A DNA stretch of 64,000 nucleotides from Candidatus Poriferisodalaceae bacterium (GCA_965205925.1 OZ242183.1:1148641-1212640); one strand, 5' to 3'; counted from the stretch's first letter, positions 25,565 to 36,037 are shown. A program made the numbers and translations. The notes: generated by a model from the sequence alone, not told the origin.

Positions 25565-27448
25565 TTGCACGAGATAGTTCTCCCGCCCGCTCGACGTTAT
25601 GGCGGCTTGGCAGTAGTAGGTGATTATTGGATTGTCGGTTGCGCCATTGCAGCTTTTGTTGGCGCTTGGTTTGCATGGGATTTATCAAGATGGCTGCCGT
25701 GGTGGCTGGCCGCGTTGGCATTGGTGTTTGCGCTTGTAGCTCGCTTGCCGGCTGTGCTTGTTGTTGTTGTGTTTGTGCTGGCGGCTGGTAGTACAAGCCA
25801 TGAGCTCGCCCGACTAACGCAGCCCGAATCTGGCTTTATTGACGAAGAGGTCGTGGTAGTGGCCGATCCGGAGTGGCGACGCGGAGCACTGAGCTTGCAG
25901 GTGCGAATAGCAAGCACCGGTTACCGCTATCAGGCCTACGCACGTGGTCCGACCGCTTACCGTCTAGAGGACGCTCTACTGGGCGAACGTTGGCATGTGA
26001 CCGGCGAGACAGAAGTAGCCGATGAAGACAGCGGGCGTTACTTGTGGCCTCGCCATTTGGTCGGGCATATAGAAATCAACGAGGCGCATTTTGTTGATGC
26101 CGGTTCGGCACCGTTTCGGTTTGCAAATTCGATCAGAAATCTCGTAAGTAGCTCGTCGAAATCTTTGTCACAGCGAGATCAAGCGTTGCTTACCGGGTTT
26201 GTTTATGGCGACGATCGTGAACAGTTACCTGAAGTGCTGCATGATTTTCGTGCCACGTCACTTACGCATCTATTGGCAGTCTCCGGCTCCAATGTGGCTT
26301 TCGTGTTGTTGTTGGTGGCACCTTTGCTGCTGCGGTTGAATTTGTGGTGGCGTCTGGTCGCTGTGGTGGTTTTGCTAGCTGAATTTGCTTTGATCACTCG
26401 TGCTGAACCGTCGGTGCTTCGTGCCTGCGTGCTCGCTGCTTTAGCCGTCGGAGCTCAAGCTGTTGGCCGCAGTGCCTCAAGCACTCGACTGTTGGCTTTA
26501 GCGGTAACGGTGTTGGTAGTGGCTGATCCATTGCTGGTGCATGCGGCCGGGTTTCAGTTATCGGTCGCTGCGGCGGGTGGCATCGTGTTAGGTGCAAGTT
26601 CTATTGAACGCCGCTTACGTGGACCGCGCTGGTTGCGCTTGGCGTTGTCGGTAACTCTGGCCGCTCAGTTAGGAGTGCTACCAGTACAGCTTTGGTTGTT
26701 TGGGTCGTTGCCATTGGTTTCAATCCCGGCCAACGTGTTAGCTGGACCGATGGCAGGACCAGCCATGATTTGGGGTTTAGTAGCTGGTGTGCTTGGTGGG
26801 TTGGCTGGTGACGCAGTAGCGGCTGTGTTGCATTTGCCAACCCAGTTCATGGTTGGCTGGGTCGCCGCGGTAGCTCGCTATGCGGCAGCCTTGCACTGGC
26901 CCGCGATTGAACCAAGCGAACTGGTGTTGCTTGCAGTCGTGGCGACTGCGGCCATTACGGCTAGGCACTTTGCTCATAGAGCGTTGCGCCTTGCGATTAT
27001 TCCGACCGCTTTGCTAGGGGTGTGGCTAGCGGCTAGCACGCACGAGCCGGAACCTGTGATCACGAAGCATCTAGAAGTAACCGGTGGAGTAACAGTGGGA
27101 GCAGCAGCTTCGATCGTAGTAGTGGATCGGCCAGATCCGGCATGGGCATTAGATCGCTTGGCGGCTGTCAAAGTGGAAGATATCGATCTGCTCGTGGCGC
27201 TTTCGTCTAGCCGAGCGGGTCGTGAGGTGGTGCGAGCAATCCAGTCGCGCCATCAAATAGATGAGTTGTGGACTCCGCAGGGATTTGGAACGCTTGATAA
27301 CAGCAGCATCACGAGTGCTCGTGTCATCACTGAGGCAACACAATTGCCAACGCTGTTAACTAGCCCAACGCTGCTAGCTAGCAATGTTGCTAGCAGCACC
27401 CGGGTGGTTGAACCCAGCGGCGATAACCGACTGGCGCTATCTACCTAG
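25565..27448 (+). CDS. comEC: ComEC/Rec2 DNA internalisation channel (no intact metallo-beta-lactamase motif seen)
   Basis: Competence-domain motifs SLTHLLAVSGSNVAF and GFQLSVAAAGGIVL. The protein is polytopic. No HxHxDH motif is seen in the C-terminal region. Confidence 0.8.
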   Translation: MHEIVLPPARRYGGLAVVGDYWIVGCAIAAFVGAWFAWDLSRWLPWWLAALALVFALVARLPAVLVVVVFVLAAGSTSHELARLTQPESGFIDEEVVVVADPEWRRGALSLQVRIASTGYRYQAYARGPTAYRLEDALLGERWHVTGETEVADEDSGRYLWPRHLVGHIEINEAHFVDAGSAPFRFANSIRNLVSSSSKSLSQRDQALLTGFVYGDDREQLPEVLHDFRATSLTHLLAVSGSNVAFVLLLVAPLLLRLNLWWRLVAVVVLLAEFALITRAEPSVLRACVLAALAVGAQAVGRSASSTRLLALAVTVLVVADPLLVHAAGFQLSVAAAGGIVLGASSIERRLRGPRWLRLALSVTLAAQLGVLPVQLWLFGSLPLVSIPANVLAGPMAGPAMIWGLVAGVLGGLAGDAVAAVLHLPTQFMVGWVAAVARYAAALHWPAIEPSELVLLAVVATAAITARHFAHRALRLAIIPTALLGVWLAASTHEPEPVITKHLEVTGGVTVGAAASIVVVDRPDPAWALDRLAAVKVEDIDLLVALSSSRAGREVVRAIQSRHQIDELWTPQGFGTLDNSSITSARVITEATQLPTLLTSPTLLASNVASSTRVVEPSGDNRLALST

Positions 27449-27498
27449 CAATACCTATCTAACACGTCTCAGTTAGCTCTGCGGCTAGTTTCTTTGGC

Positions 27499-28503
27499 GT
27501 GCCGGACGTAGCTACAACGAGTAGTGAGATTCATCTGCTGACAGGTAACGATCCAACTCTTCTCGCCGACGCTGTCAAAGGCACGGTTGAACAACTGGCG
27601 GGCGACATCGACCGTTCAACCGATGTGCATGAGTTCTTCGGCGAGGAATATTTGATCGGCGAGCTAGTACTTGCGGCATCCACACAGCCGTTGTTTTCCA
27701 GCCATCGAGTGGTCGTCGCACGCGAGTTAAGTCGTTTTAATAGCACCGACCTTGCACCGCTAATCGATTACCTGTCAGCACCAACACCAACTACGAGCCT
27801 GATCTTGGAATGGGGTTCGGGGCGAGTACCCAAGACACTGAACGATGCTTTAAAAGTCGCGGGTGCAAAGAAGACCTCCGCCGCTGCACCCACGCGCAAA
27901 CCAGACCGCCAAAAATGGCTAAACGAAAAGCTCAGCGATACCGGCGTAAGCCTTGATGCACAGGCGACTCAGCTACTCCTGGCTCATTTGGGAGATGAGA
28001 TAGCGCGTCTCAGTGGCTTACTTGAGACGCTGGAGTCGATTTTTGGTGCTGGGGTCACGCTAAGCGTGCAAGACATCGAGCCGTATCTGGGTGCGGCCGG
28101 TCGAGTGCCACCTTGGGATCTCACCGACGCCATAGACGCCGGTAATGTTTCCCATTCGTTGAATGTTCTCCAACGAATGTGGCAAGCCGGTATGGCTCCC
28201 ATGCAGGTGATGACGTCGCTTGCAAGTCACTACAACCGAATACTTCGCCTTGATGGCGTAGCGGTCAACAGCAACGAGCAAGCCGCTGAACTGCTCGGTC
28301 AAAACCCAAGCAACAGGGGCAGTGTTTTTTCGGCAGGTAAGGCTTTGAAGATTTCACGCAAGATGGGACATGCCAGCATCACGCGAGCGATTGAGTTGCT
28401 GGCACGAGCTGATTCTGAACTTCGCGGCGTGTCAGGGTTGGACGACCGCTGCGTAATGGAGATATTGGTCGGCCGGCTCACCGCTATGGGCCGCCGCCGT
28501 TAG
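27499..28503 (+). CDS. holA: DNA polymerase III delta subunit
   Basis: Its position after comEC and before rpsT/lepA, the length of about 330 aa, and the LLTGNDP..L N-terminus and delta C-domain pattern support the call. Confidence 0.75.
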   Translation: MPDVATTSSEIHLLTGNDPTLLADAVKGTVEQLAGDIDRSTDVHEFFGEEYLIGELVLAASTQPLFSSHRVVVARELSRFNSTDLAPLIDYLSAPTPTTSLILEWGSGRVPKTLNDALKVAGAKKTSAAAPTRKPDRQKWLNEKLSDTGVSLDAQATQLLLAHLGDEIARLSGLLETLESIFGAGVTLSVQDIEPYLGAAGRVPPWDLTDAIDAGNVSHSLNVLQRMWQAGMAPMQVMTSLASHYNRILRLDGVAVNSNEQAAELLGQNPSNRGSVFSAGKALKISRKMGHASITRAIELLARADSELRGVSGLDDRCVMEILVGRLTAMGRRR

Positions 28504-28531
28504 CACCAAGTTGTTAGATCAGCTAAACGAG

Positions 28532-28795
28532 CTAGCTCTGAGAAATGCGTCGCACTGCGTCAGCTAGGCGTGATTTGCGTCTGGCAGCCTCGTTGCGGTG
28601 AATAACGCGCTTCGTGGCGGCCATGTCAAACCGCTTTTGCGCTTCGCGAGTTAGCTCTTCGGTTGGCTCTCCGGCTTCGGCCGCGGCAAGCACTGCTTTT
28701 TCGCGAGTGCTCAACTCTGAACGCACTCCGCGGTTACGAATACGGCGCTTCTCATTCTGGCGATTCCGCTTGATTTGACTCTTGATGTTGGCCAC
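28532..28795 (-). CDS. rpsT: 30S ribosomal protein S20
   Basis: [28 protein letters not shown]. Confidence 0.92.
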   Translation of the reverse strand: MANIKSQIKRNRQNEKRRIRNRGVRSELSTREKAVLAAAEAGEPTEELTREAQKRFDMAATKRVIHRNEAARRKSRLADAVRRISQS

Positions 28796-28825
28796 GAGGT
28801 CTTAGAGGCTACCTTGCGAGGCGGG

Positions 28826-30634
28826 ATGAACCACCAATCAGCGAAGCCAGCTGATCCGGCCAGTATTCGGAATTTTTCGATCATTGCTCACATCGATCAC
28901 GGCAAATCAACACTGTCTGACCGCATTCTGGAGTTAACGAACGCTGTTGAAGAACGCTCTATGCGAAATCAGTTTCTCGATTCGATGGATCTCGAGCGTG
29001 AGCGAGGCATAACGATCAAGGCGCAAAACGTGAGAGTCGGTTGGAAAGGGCACACGCTTCATCTCATTGACACGCCCGGTCACGTTGATTTTGGCTACGA
29101 GGTCAGCCGGTCTTTAGCTGCTTGTGAGGGAGTGCTGCTACTAGTTGATGCCGCACAAGGCATAGAAGCGCAAACTCTGGCTAACTGCTATCTGGCCTTG
29201 CAACACGATTTGAAGATCGTGCCGGTGCTCAACAAGATTGATTTGCCTTCGGCCGACCCTGATCTTTATGCCCAAGAAATCGAAACCGTGCTGGGTATTG
29301 ACGCCAGCGAGGTACTGGCCATTTCCGCCAAAACCGGTGAGGGAGTGCCAGAGCTTCTCGACGCCATAGTGGAGCGAATCCCAGCTCCTAGCGGTAATCC
29401 GGCAGGACCGCTGCGTGCTTTGATATTTGATTCACATTTTGATCAATACCGCGGCGTGGTGTCTTCGATTCGAGTAGTTGACGGCTGCATGAACTCGGGC
29501 GATCGGGTGAAGTTCATGCAAACTGGTGACACCCACACGGTGGAAGAGGTGGGCGTGCGAGCACCTGAGCCGATGTCAACTGACCAGCTAGGGATAGGCG
29601 AGGTTGGTTATCTGATTGCTGGCATCAAGAACGTGGGTCAAGCTAAGTCCGGTGAAACCGTCACTATCGCAGTAGCAGGCGCGAGCGAACCGTTAGAGGG
29701 CTATGACGAACCCAAACCAATGGTGTTTTGCGGGCTATACCCGATAGACGGAGATGACTATGCCGAACTGCGCGATGCTTTGGGCAAACTCCAGTTAAAC
29801 GACGCTTCGGTTACTTTTGAACCGGAGACTTCATCGGCACTGGGCTTTGGTTTTCGCTGCGGTTTCTTAGGACTGCTGCACTTGGAAATAGTGCGCGAGC
29901 GCTTAGAGCGTGAGTTTGACCTGTCGCTGATAGCGACCGCACCTTCGGTGGCTTATCGCGTAACCACCGACGACGGCAAAATAAGTCAGGTGCAAAACCC
30001 CTCTGATATGGCTGCGGCTGGCTCCATTACGGTGATCGAAGAGCCGATGCTGCAGATCAGCGTGCTGACGCCAGCGAGCTATACGGGTCCGGTAATGGAA
30101 CTATGCCAACAGCGGCGAGCCGTGCAGTCAGGGATGGAGTATTTGTCTCCTGAGCGAGTTGAGCTGCGCTATGAAATTCCGCTTGCGGAAGTTGTGACCG
30201 ACTTTTTTGATCAGTTGAAGAGCCGCACCCAGGGCTACGCCAGCTTGGACTACGAATACTCGCAATATCGCCCCAGCAATTTGGTACGTGTTGACGTGCT
30301 GCTAAACGGAGAGCCGGTAGATGCGTTTTCCACGATCGTGCACCGCGATGATGCTTACACCTACGGCAAAGCGATGACCGAAAAGCTGTACAAGCTGATT
30401 CCGCGACAGATGTTTGATATTCCAATCCAAGCTGCCATAGGTGGCCGGATAATTGCGCGTGAAACCGTCAAAGCCAAACGTAAAGACGTGCTCAGTAAGT
30501 GCTATGGAGGCGACATCACTCGCAAGCGCAAGTTGTTGGAGCGTCAAAAAGCAGGCAAGCGCCGTATGAAGTCCATCGGCCGGGTAGAGGTGCCAAACGA
30601 GGCTTTCGTTTCGGCCCTGACGTTAGACAACTGA
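28826..30634 (+). CDS. lepA: Elongation factor 4 (LepA)
   Basis: [33 protein letters not shown], and a conserved LepA C-terminal domain. Start set at ATG 28826. Confidence 0.95.
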   Translation: MNHQSAKPADPASIRNFSIIAHIDHGKSTLSDRILELTNAVEERSMRNQFLDSMDLERERGITIKAQNVRVGWKGHTLHLIDTPGHVDFGYEVSRSLAACEGVLLLVDAAQGIEAQTLANCYLALQHDLKIVPVLNKIDLPSADPDLYAQEIETVLGIDASEVLAISAKTGEGVPELLDAIVERIPAPSGNPAGPLRALIFDSHFDQYRGVVSSIRVVDGCMNSGDRVKFMQTGDTHTVEEVGVRAPEPMSTDQLGIGEVGYLIAGIKNVGQAKSGETVTIAVAGASEPLEGYDEPKPMVFCGLYPIDGDDYAELRDALGKLQLNDASVTFEPETSSALGFGFRCGFLGLLHLEIVRERLEREFDLSLIATAPSVAYRVTTDDGKISQVQNPSDMAAAGSITVIEEPMLQISVLTPASYTGPVMELCQQRRAVQSGMEYLSPERVELRYEIPLAEVVTDFFDQLKSRTQGYASLDYEYSQYRPSNLVRVDVLLNGEPVDAFSTIVHRDDAYTYGKAMTEKLYKLIPRQMFDIPIQAAIGGRIIARETVKAKRKDVLSKCYGGDITRKRKLLERQKAGKRRMKSIGRVEVPNEAFVSALTLDN

Positions 30635-30720
30635 AGCTAGCTAGTTGAGCGGGATTACTACTTTACGCCGGTCGGCGATCGCTAGCGTTGTACTAGTTGG
30701 AAGCGAGCTAGGAGGCGCCC

Positions 30721-31734
30721 ATGGATGAACGCCGTGCGGCGGTGCTGCGTGCCGTCGTTGAGAGCTTCATCGACAACGCTCAACCGGTTGGTTCCCAAAC
30801 CGCTCTGCAAATGTCAGGCCTTGACGTGTCAGCGGCCACGATCCGAAACGACCTTGTGGCGCTTGAGGCAGAAGGATTCCTGGCGAAGCCACACACCAGC
30901 GCAGGGCGCGTACCAACCGAGGCTGGCTATCGCTGCTTTGTGGATCACCTTGAACCAAGCCAGCTGAACGCTGCTGATAAGCGTCAGGTAAAGGCCTTTT
31001 TTAGGCATGCGCAAGGACAGATCGAAGAACGTTTGGCGGACACCAGCAAACTGCTGTCAGACCTGACTGCCTATACAGCTGTGGTTGTGGCACCGTCACA
31101 TGAGCGAGAGATCATTCGGTCGGCCACTTTGGTGGATCTGGGTGGTGGACGATTGATGTTTGTGGTTTTGACTTCTTCTGGCGCGGTGAAGCGCTGTCAG
31201 ATCGCACAATCGCACGAGCAAGCAAGCACTCCCGTCGACCCTTCTGTGCTCGAAGAGGCTTCAAAACGTCTGTCTGAATGCCTGGTGGGCACGGCACGCA
31301 CAGACGTGTTAGAGATTTTGCCGTCGAGCAATACAGCCGTTAACGCTTTGATGACTGCCGCCGTTGATTCTTGGCGATACAACGAAACCGGTGAGCAAGA
31401 GCTGTACGTTGGCGGAGCCGCAGACGTAGCTGAACAGTTTGAAGCCATGTCGACCGTCAAATCTGTCCTGAAGGTTTTAGAGGAACAGTTGCTAGTGGTG
31501 CAGTTGCTGCGCGATCTTGTTGATCGCGGTCTCAGCGTGGCGATCGGCTCTGAGACAGGAGTTTTACCTCTGGCCGAGTGTGCGATCGTGGCCTCGCCTT
31601 ATGAGGTCGATGGTGAACCGGTAGGCAGTATTGGTGTAGTGGGACCGACTCGAATGGATTATCCAAAGGCTTTAGCCACGGTAAACCTGGTTGGTGAACG
31701 GCTGGGTGATTCCTTGGCCTCCGACGCAAGCTAA
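30721..31734 (+). CDS. hrcA: Heat-inducible transcription repressor HrcA
   Basis: MDERRAAVLRAVVESFIDNAQPVGSQ...SAATIRNDLVALEAEGFLAKPHTSAGRVPT. Confidence 0.9.
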   Translation: MDERRAAVLRAVVESFIDNAQPVGSQTALQMSGLDVSAATIRNDLVALEAEGFLAKPHTSAGRVPTEAGYRCFVDHLEPSQLNAADKRQVKAFFRHAQGQIEERLADTSKLLSDLTAYTAVVVAPSHEREIIRSATLVDLGGGRLMFVVLTSSGAVKRCQIAQSHEQASTPVDPSVLEEASKRLSECLVGTARTDVLEILPSSNTAVNALMTAAVDSWRYNETGEQELYVGGAADVAEQFEAMSTVKSVLKVLEEQLLVVQLLRDLVDRGLSVAIGSETGVLPLAECAIVASPYEVDGEPVGSIGVVGPTRMDYPKALATVNLVGERLGDSLASDAS

Positions 31735-31755
31735 ACAGAGCAACACGAGTAGCAG

Positions 31756-32871
31756 ATGCCATCCGATTATTACGAACTGCTTGGAGTGAAGCGCAATGCC
31801 ACTGCCGCAGAGCTAAAGACCGCTTACCGCCGCCTAGCGCGTGAACATCATCCTGATGCAAACAATGGCGATGCCAGCTCCGAAGCGATCTTTAAAGAGG
31901 TCAGCGAGGCTTATGCGGTGCTGTCTGACACGCAAGCGCGTGAGCGTTACGACCGTTTCGGCCATGACGGGCTAAAAGCGGGAGCAGGGGGAGCTGGATT
32001 TGACTTTGATCTTGGCTCGATCTTTGACAGCTTCTTTGGACAAGATCCGTTTGGGGGTTCGAGTCGCCGGAACTCATCTGGCCCACCGCGCGGTGAAGAC
32101 CAAGAGGTGTCGTTACGCCTGAAATTTGCCGATGCAATATTTGGAACTGAGGCCACGGTCAATTTACGTTCAGCGGTTCACTGTGAAGAGTGCGATGGTG
32201 AGGGCACGGCGCCGGGAACGACTCGCTCACGTTGCGGCGTCTGTGGTGGAGCTGGTCAGGTGCGTCAGGTGCGCAACAGCGTGTTCGGTCAGATGGTTAC
32301 CGCAGCTCCCTGTGGCCATTGCAGAGGACTGGGAGAGCAGATTGACAACCCGTGCAAGAGTTGCCGTGGAGGTGGTGTGCGAACCGAAAAGGTGTCTCAC
32401 AATCTGAACGTTCCGCCAGGGGTTGAGACAGGTTCGGTTTTACGAGCGGTTGGCCGAGGTCACGCTGGAACGCATGGCGGAGCAACTGGTGATCTGTTTG
32501 TTCACTTGGAGGTGGAGCAAAGTAAGACGTTTGCTCGTGATGGGCAGAACTTGATAGCGGAGCTAAACATCACGATGCTGCAGGCCGCTCTTGGAGCGAA
32601 CGTCAGTTTTGAAACACTGGACGGGCGAGACGGAGTAGAAGATTTGGTCATCAAGCCCGGAACGCAACCTGGCGACATGCTGCGGCTACGAGGCCTTGGG
32701 GTGCCCCGCTCAAATGGTCGCGGGCGAGGCGATCTGCATTTGTTTGTGAAGGTTGAAATCCCTCGCAAGTTGACTTCTAAGCAGACCAATCTGTTAACGA
32801 AAGCTGCACAAGAGCTTGGCGAAAAAGATCTAGCCGGCGCAGAGGCTGAGGTCGGCGCAATACCGGCCTAG
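31756..32871 (+). CDS. dnaJ: Chaperone DnaJ
   Basis: J-domain DYYELLGV...HPD, a G/F region, and four CxxCxGxG zinc-finger repeats. Confidence 0.95.
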   Translation: MPSDYYELLGVKRNATAAELKTAYRRLAREHHPDANNGDASSEAIFKEVSEAYAVLSDTQARERYDRFGHDGLKAGAGGAGFDFDLGSIFDSFFGQDPFGGSSRRNSSGPPRGEDQEVSLRLKFADAIFGTEATVNLRSAVHCEECDGEGTAPGTTRSRCGVCGGAGQVRQVRNSVFGQMVTAAPCGHCRGLGEQIDNPCKSCRGGGVRTEKVSHNLNVPPGVETGSVLRAVGRGHAGTHGGATGDLFVHLEVEQSKTFARDGQNLIAELNITMLQAALGANVSFETLDGRDGVEDLVIKPGTQPGDMLRLRGLGVPRSNGRGRGDLHLFVKVEIPRKLTSKQTNLLTKAAQELGEKDLAGAEAEVGAIPA

Positions 32872-32900
32872 CTGACCAAAAATTAGCGAAACTGCTTTTT

Positions 32901-34031
32901 ATGTTCGGCGTCTATCTTCATGTGCCGTTCTGCACATCTCGTTGTGATTACTGCGCTTTTGCGACCTGGACCGATCGGGAGCATCTCGTTCATGAGTACA
33001 TGGCGGCTTGCAAGCAACATGCCGCAGCACTAACGGATTCGCTACCTCAGATCACTTCCGTGTTTGTCGGAGGGGGCACACCAAATTTGGTTCCGCCTGC
33101 CGCGGTGCTGGACGTGCTGCGTGAGTTCAAGCTCACCTCAAACGCTGAGACGACGGTGGAGTGCAATCCGGATTTGGTTACCACTGAACAGATGAACGAG
33201 TTTGCAGCTGGAGGGGTAAATCGCATCAGCTTGGGAGTTCAGTCGATGGTGCCCGAAGTGTTGCAGGCCTTGGGGCGTGAGCATGATCCAGCAATGGTTT
33301 ACAAATCAGTCGAGAGTGTGCGATCGGCAGGCATTGCGCAACTGAACTTGGATCTCATTTTTGGAGGTAGCGGTGAATCAATGGACGATTGGTTGCAGAC
33401 TCTGTCGAAGACTGTTGAGCTGAGCCCTGATCACATCAGCACCTATGGTCTGACCGTTGAGCCTGGAACTCTCTTGGCAGATGATGCAGCGCGCCATCCC
33501 GACGACGATGATCAGGCCGAAAAATACCTAGCAGCCGACGAGGTGCTTAGCAGTGCTGGCTATGAGAACTATGAGATTTCCAACTGGGCTAAGCCTGGTA
33601 GCCGTTGCCAGCACAATCTGCTGTATTGGACACAGAGCGAGTACATCGGAATAGGTGCAGCCGCTCACAGCCATCGTGGTGGTTGTCGTTGGTGGAATGT
33701 GCGCACTCCGGAGCGCTACATCGAGGCGGTCGCTAGCGAAGCACCTGGTGGAGTAATCGGGGGAGTAATTGGTGGAGTAATCGGTGAGGCATCTGGTGGA
33801 GTTATCGGTGGAGTAATCGTGGCTGGTAGTGAGCAACTAAATGAAACTGAGCGACGTGTTGAGAGGCTTCAGTTGGAGATTCGCACTTGCGAAGGGATAG
33901 CGACCCAAGACACTCCGTGCAACCTTGCACCCGAAGTTGCCGAGCTGTTGGAGGCTGGCGTTGATGGCCGTACTCGGCTGACAAAACGTGGCAGATTGTT
34001 AGCCAATGAGGTAGCACTGCATTTTGAGTGA
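32901..34031 (+). CDS. hemW: Radical SAM heme chaperone HemW (HemN-like, oxygen-independent coproporphyrinogen oxidase family)
   Basis: YLHVPFCTSRCDYCAF (CxxxCxxC), GGGTP, and an HemN_C-like tail. It contains a (GGVI)n insertion. Confidence 0.85.
   Translation: MFGVYLHVPFCTSRCDYCAFATWTDREHLVHEYMAACKQHAAALTDSLPQITSVFVGGGTPNLVPPAAVLDVLREFKLTSNAETTVECNPDLVTTEQMNEFAAGGVNRISLGVQSMVPEVLQALGREHDPAMVYKSVESVRSAGIAQLNLDLIFGGSGESMDDWLQTLSKTVELSPDHISTYGLTVEPGTLLADDAARHPDDDDQAEKYLAADEVLSSAGYENYEISNWAKPGSRCQHNLLYWTQSEYIGIGAAAHSHRGGCRWWNVRTPERYIEAVASEAPGGVIGGVIGGVIGEASGGVIGGVIVAGSEQLNETERRVERLQLEIRTCEGIATQDTPCNLAPEVAELLEAGVDGRTRLTKRGRLLANEVALHFE
33747..33819. repeat. In-frame 12-nt tandem repeat (GGTGGAGTAATC-like, 3 + 2 copies) inside hemW
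   Basis: Encodes GGVIGGVIGGVIGEASGGVIGGVIV. Confidence 0.85.
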
Positions 34032-34049
34032 TGCTTGCCGTTAGCCGAG

Positions 34050-35585
34050 TCAGCCAGAAAAATGCGATAGCACTGCATCTGACCAGTAGCGGTTAGGGCT
34101 CAACGTGAGTGACAACCCATCAAACCAGACGACCAAATGATGGCAGTGTCTATTTGTTGTCTTGCCAAGGGCGACTCCGGCAGAGTTGACGTCAGCGGTA
34201 TTTACCGATGAGCTAACTCCTGTCGCACCGATTGGTACAGATGCCCTAGCGGTCGGCTGTGCTGGGGGAGAGTCGTGTGGCCAAACGGCAAAAAAGAACA
34301 CCTCACCGCTGGTGGGACGTAGCACGACTGGTGTTGCAATGCCGTCGCAGTTCCAGTCACCGACGGTGACGTGGTCTCCACTTTGACCGATCAGCCAACG
34401 TCGCGTAGGTGTAGCAATGGCGGGTTGTGCCGCGCCCTCATCGGCACCTGTGCTGGCAATGGTGCCGATGAAGATTTTCTCGGTACAGCCGTCGGCGTTG
34501 ATGTTTAGATCACTGGCAGCTGTGATGGTGCTTAAACCCGTCGCTGCTGCATCGCTAACAAAATCGGCAGGGCTAGCAGAATCGTTTGTAGCAGCATTAG
34601 AAGCGTCGTCTAAGCAGCGCTCTGGGGTAAGACCGGTTACCAACACGCCTGTTGGTCGATTATCAGTCGTTAGGTAGTTGACGTCGGTTCCAGCAGCAAT
34701 GCCATCTTTATCTTGAGTGTTTACACCTTGAGTATTTGCCTGTTGTGCAGGGGAGTACCCATCTGCTGCGCGAGTGGGTGAGGCAGGAATTGTGGGAGAA
34801 GATTGCGAGAACCCAAGCTGCCAAAGCACAACTACTACTGCTAAACCAAGCATTGTCAACGTCACATGACGGACCGAGATCCGTTGTGATAGCCAGCGTC
34901 GCGGTTGGTTCGAAGATTTTCTAGACCCGGCACTTTCACCTGAGCGAGTAAGCCCAGTATGTGCAAGTTCCATCAGGTGGGCTAGCCATCTTCGTAAGTC
35001 GGGGTTCGTACTTAGCTCCGGATTGCTATGTGTCGGTTCATTTTGAGCAAGTAAGCGAATGCTTGCTTGCAGGGCGGCGGTTTCGCGGCGTTGCAAGGTA
35101 GTCAGCCCGGCGTCTTCGCTGCGGGCAAGCTCCGATGACAACAAATCTGCCAACGCCAAAATGTCGCTGTTGACATCTTCTGTTTCTTCGGCGTTGCCAA
35201 ATCCGCACAACAACACTCGGCCGTTCTGATTAATCAGCAAATGTTCTGCGGTTACAGCTCCATGCCTTATTCCGAGCTCGTGGAGTTCAACGAGCGTGTC
35301 GCCTAGCTGCAGCGCAACATCAAGTAAGGCGTCAAACGTCAATGGAGGATGCTCAGCCAGCGAAGCACCCGATACATAGGTCAACATCAGTTCGGACCGG
35401 TCTTCCAGCTCCAACAAGCCTCGCAACCTGACCACGTTCAGGTGGGCTGCGGCTTCTAAAACCTTGGCCTCACGACGTAACAGGTGTCTGTCGTCACCGG
35501 CGGCGTGCTTTACCAAGATCGGCGACCCGTCAACATCGTCTCGAATGGTGGGAGGACTAAACATCGTCTTAGCTCGATACCGCAA
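34050..35585 (-). CDS. Membrane-spanning Ser/Thr-kinase-like pseudokinase with extracellular domain, last gene of the tad operon
   Basis: Kinase-fold landmarks are present (ILVKH, REAKVLE, LMLTYVSGASLAE). The catalytic loop reads IRHGAVTAEHLL instead of HRDxKxxN, DFG reads GFG, and there is no Gly-rich loop. One TM segment (VTLTMLGLAVVVVLWQLGF). The extracellular region of about 230 aa contains GDWNCDGIATP (FG-GAP/VCBS-like). Confidence 0.65.
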   Translation of the reverse strand: MRYRAKTMFSPPTIRDDVDGSPILVKHAAGDDRHLLRREAKVLEAAAHLNVVRLRGLLELEDRSELMLTYVSGASLAEHPPLTFDALLDVALQLGDTLVELHELGIRHGAVTAEHLLINQNGRVLLCGFGNAEETEDVNSDILALADLLSSELARSEDAGLTTLQRRETAALQASIRLLAQNEPTHSNPELSTNPDLRRWLAHLMELAHTGLTRSGESAGSRKSSNQPRRWLSQRISVRHVTLTMLGLAVVVVLWQLGFSQSSPTIPASPTRAADGYSPAQQANTQGVNTQDKDGIAAGTDVNYLTTDNRPTGVLVTGLTPERCLDDASNAATNDSASPADFVSDAAATGLSTITAASDLNINADGCTEKIFIGTIASTGADEGAAQPAIATPTRRWLIGQSGDHVTVGDWNCDGIATPVVLRPTSGEVFFFAVWPHDSPPAQPTARASVPIGATGVSSSVNTADVNSAGVALGKTTNRHCHHLVVWFDGLSLTLSPNRYWSDAVLSHFSG

Positions 35586-36021
35586 CGCGAGCCACCGCGG
35601 TTGCGGCGACTGGATAGGTCGGTGAAAGTGTCGTCCAACTAAACGGACCGATGATCCGACGAGCTTGGCCGGAGACGGTCACGCTCACTTCGGTTGGACT
35701 GGTAACAGCTACATCAACTATGGCACTGCCTGGCGCAAACACTGCCGAAAGCTGCTGCTCGGCCGTTTCAGCGATCTTGTCTTGGATGGCATTCACGCGA
35801 CGTGGCGCAATCCGATAGACACCAGTCTTTCTTAAGAACACCTCATCAATGGTCGTGGTAGCAATGTCGTTGGCTAGACCAGCAGCAGTTGCTTCGGCTT
35901 CGCGCTCAGCCAAGAAGGCGGCTGCGCTGTCGACCATTAACGCTCCCAGGATCACCACGATCAACACACCTGCTGGCACTAACAACAACACGCTGCCGGC
36001 TTCACAGTTTGTGCGAGACAT
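35569..36021 (-). CDS. TadE/TadG-like pseudopilin/pilus assembly protein
   Basis: N-terminal hydrophobic segment (GSVLLLVPAGVLIVVILGALMV), size, and position in the tad operon. Start set at ATG 36021. Confidence 0.5.
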   Translation of the reverse strand: MSRTNCEAGSVLLLVPAGVLIVVILGALMVDSAAAFLAEREAEATAAGLANDIATTTIDEVFLRKTGVYRIAPRRVNAIQDKIAETAEQQLSAVFAPGSAIVDVAVTSPTEVSVTVSGQARRIIGPFSWTTLSPTYPVAATAVARVAVSS

Positions 36022-36037
36022 TATTAGGCACTGCTGC

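Noticed and set aside
30635-30720. Expected CIRCE element (TTAGCACTC-N9-GAGTGCTAA) upstream of hrcA
   Set aside because: I read the 86-nt region on both strands and found no match better than scattered 4-5-mers. I am not reporting a CIRCE site.
33747-33819. Short tandem repeats (hemW, S9 peptidase, nrdJ) as possible CRISPR or other non-coding arrays
   Set aside because: The units are 9-15 nt and directly abutting with no spacers. They are in frame inside long conserved ORFs. They are coding minisatellites, not CRISPR arrays.
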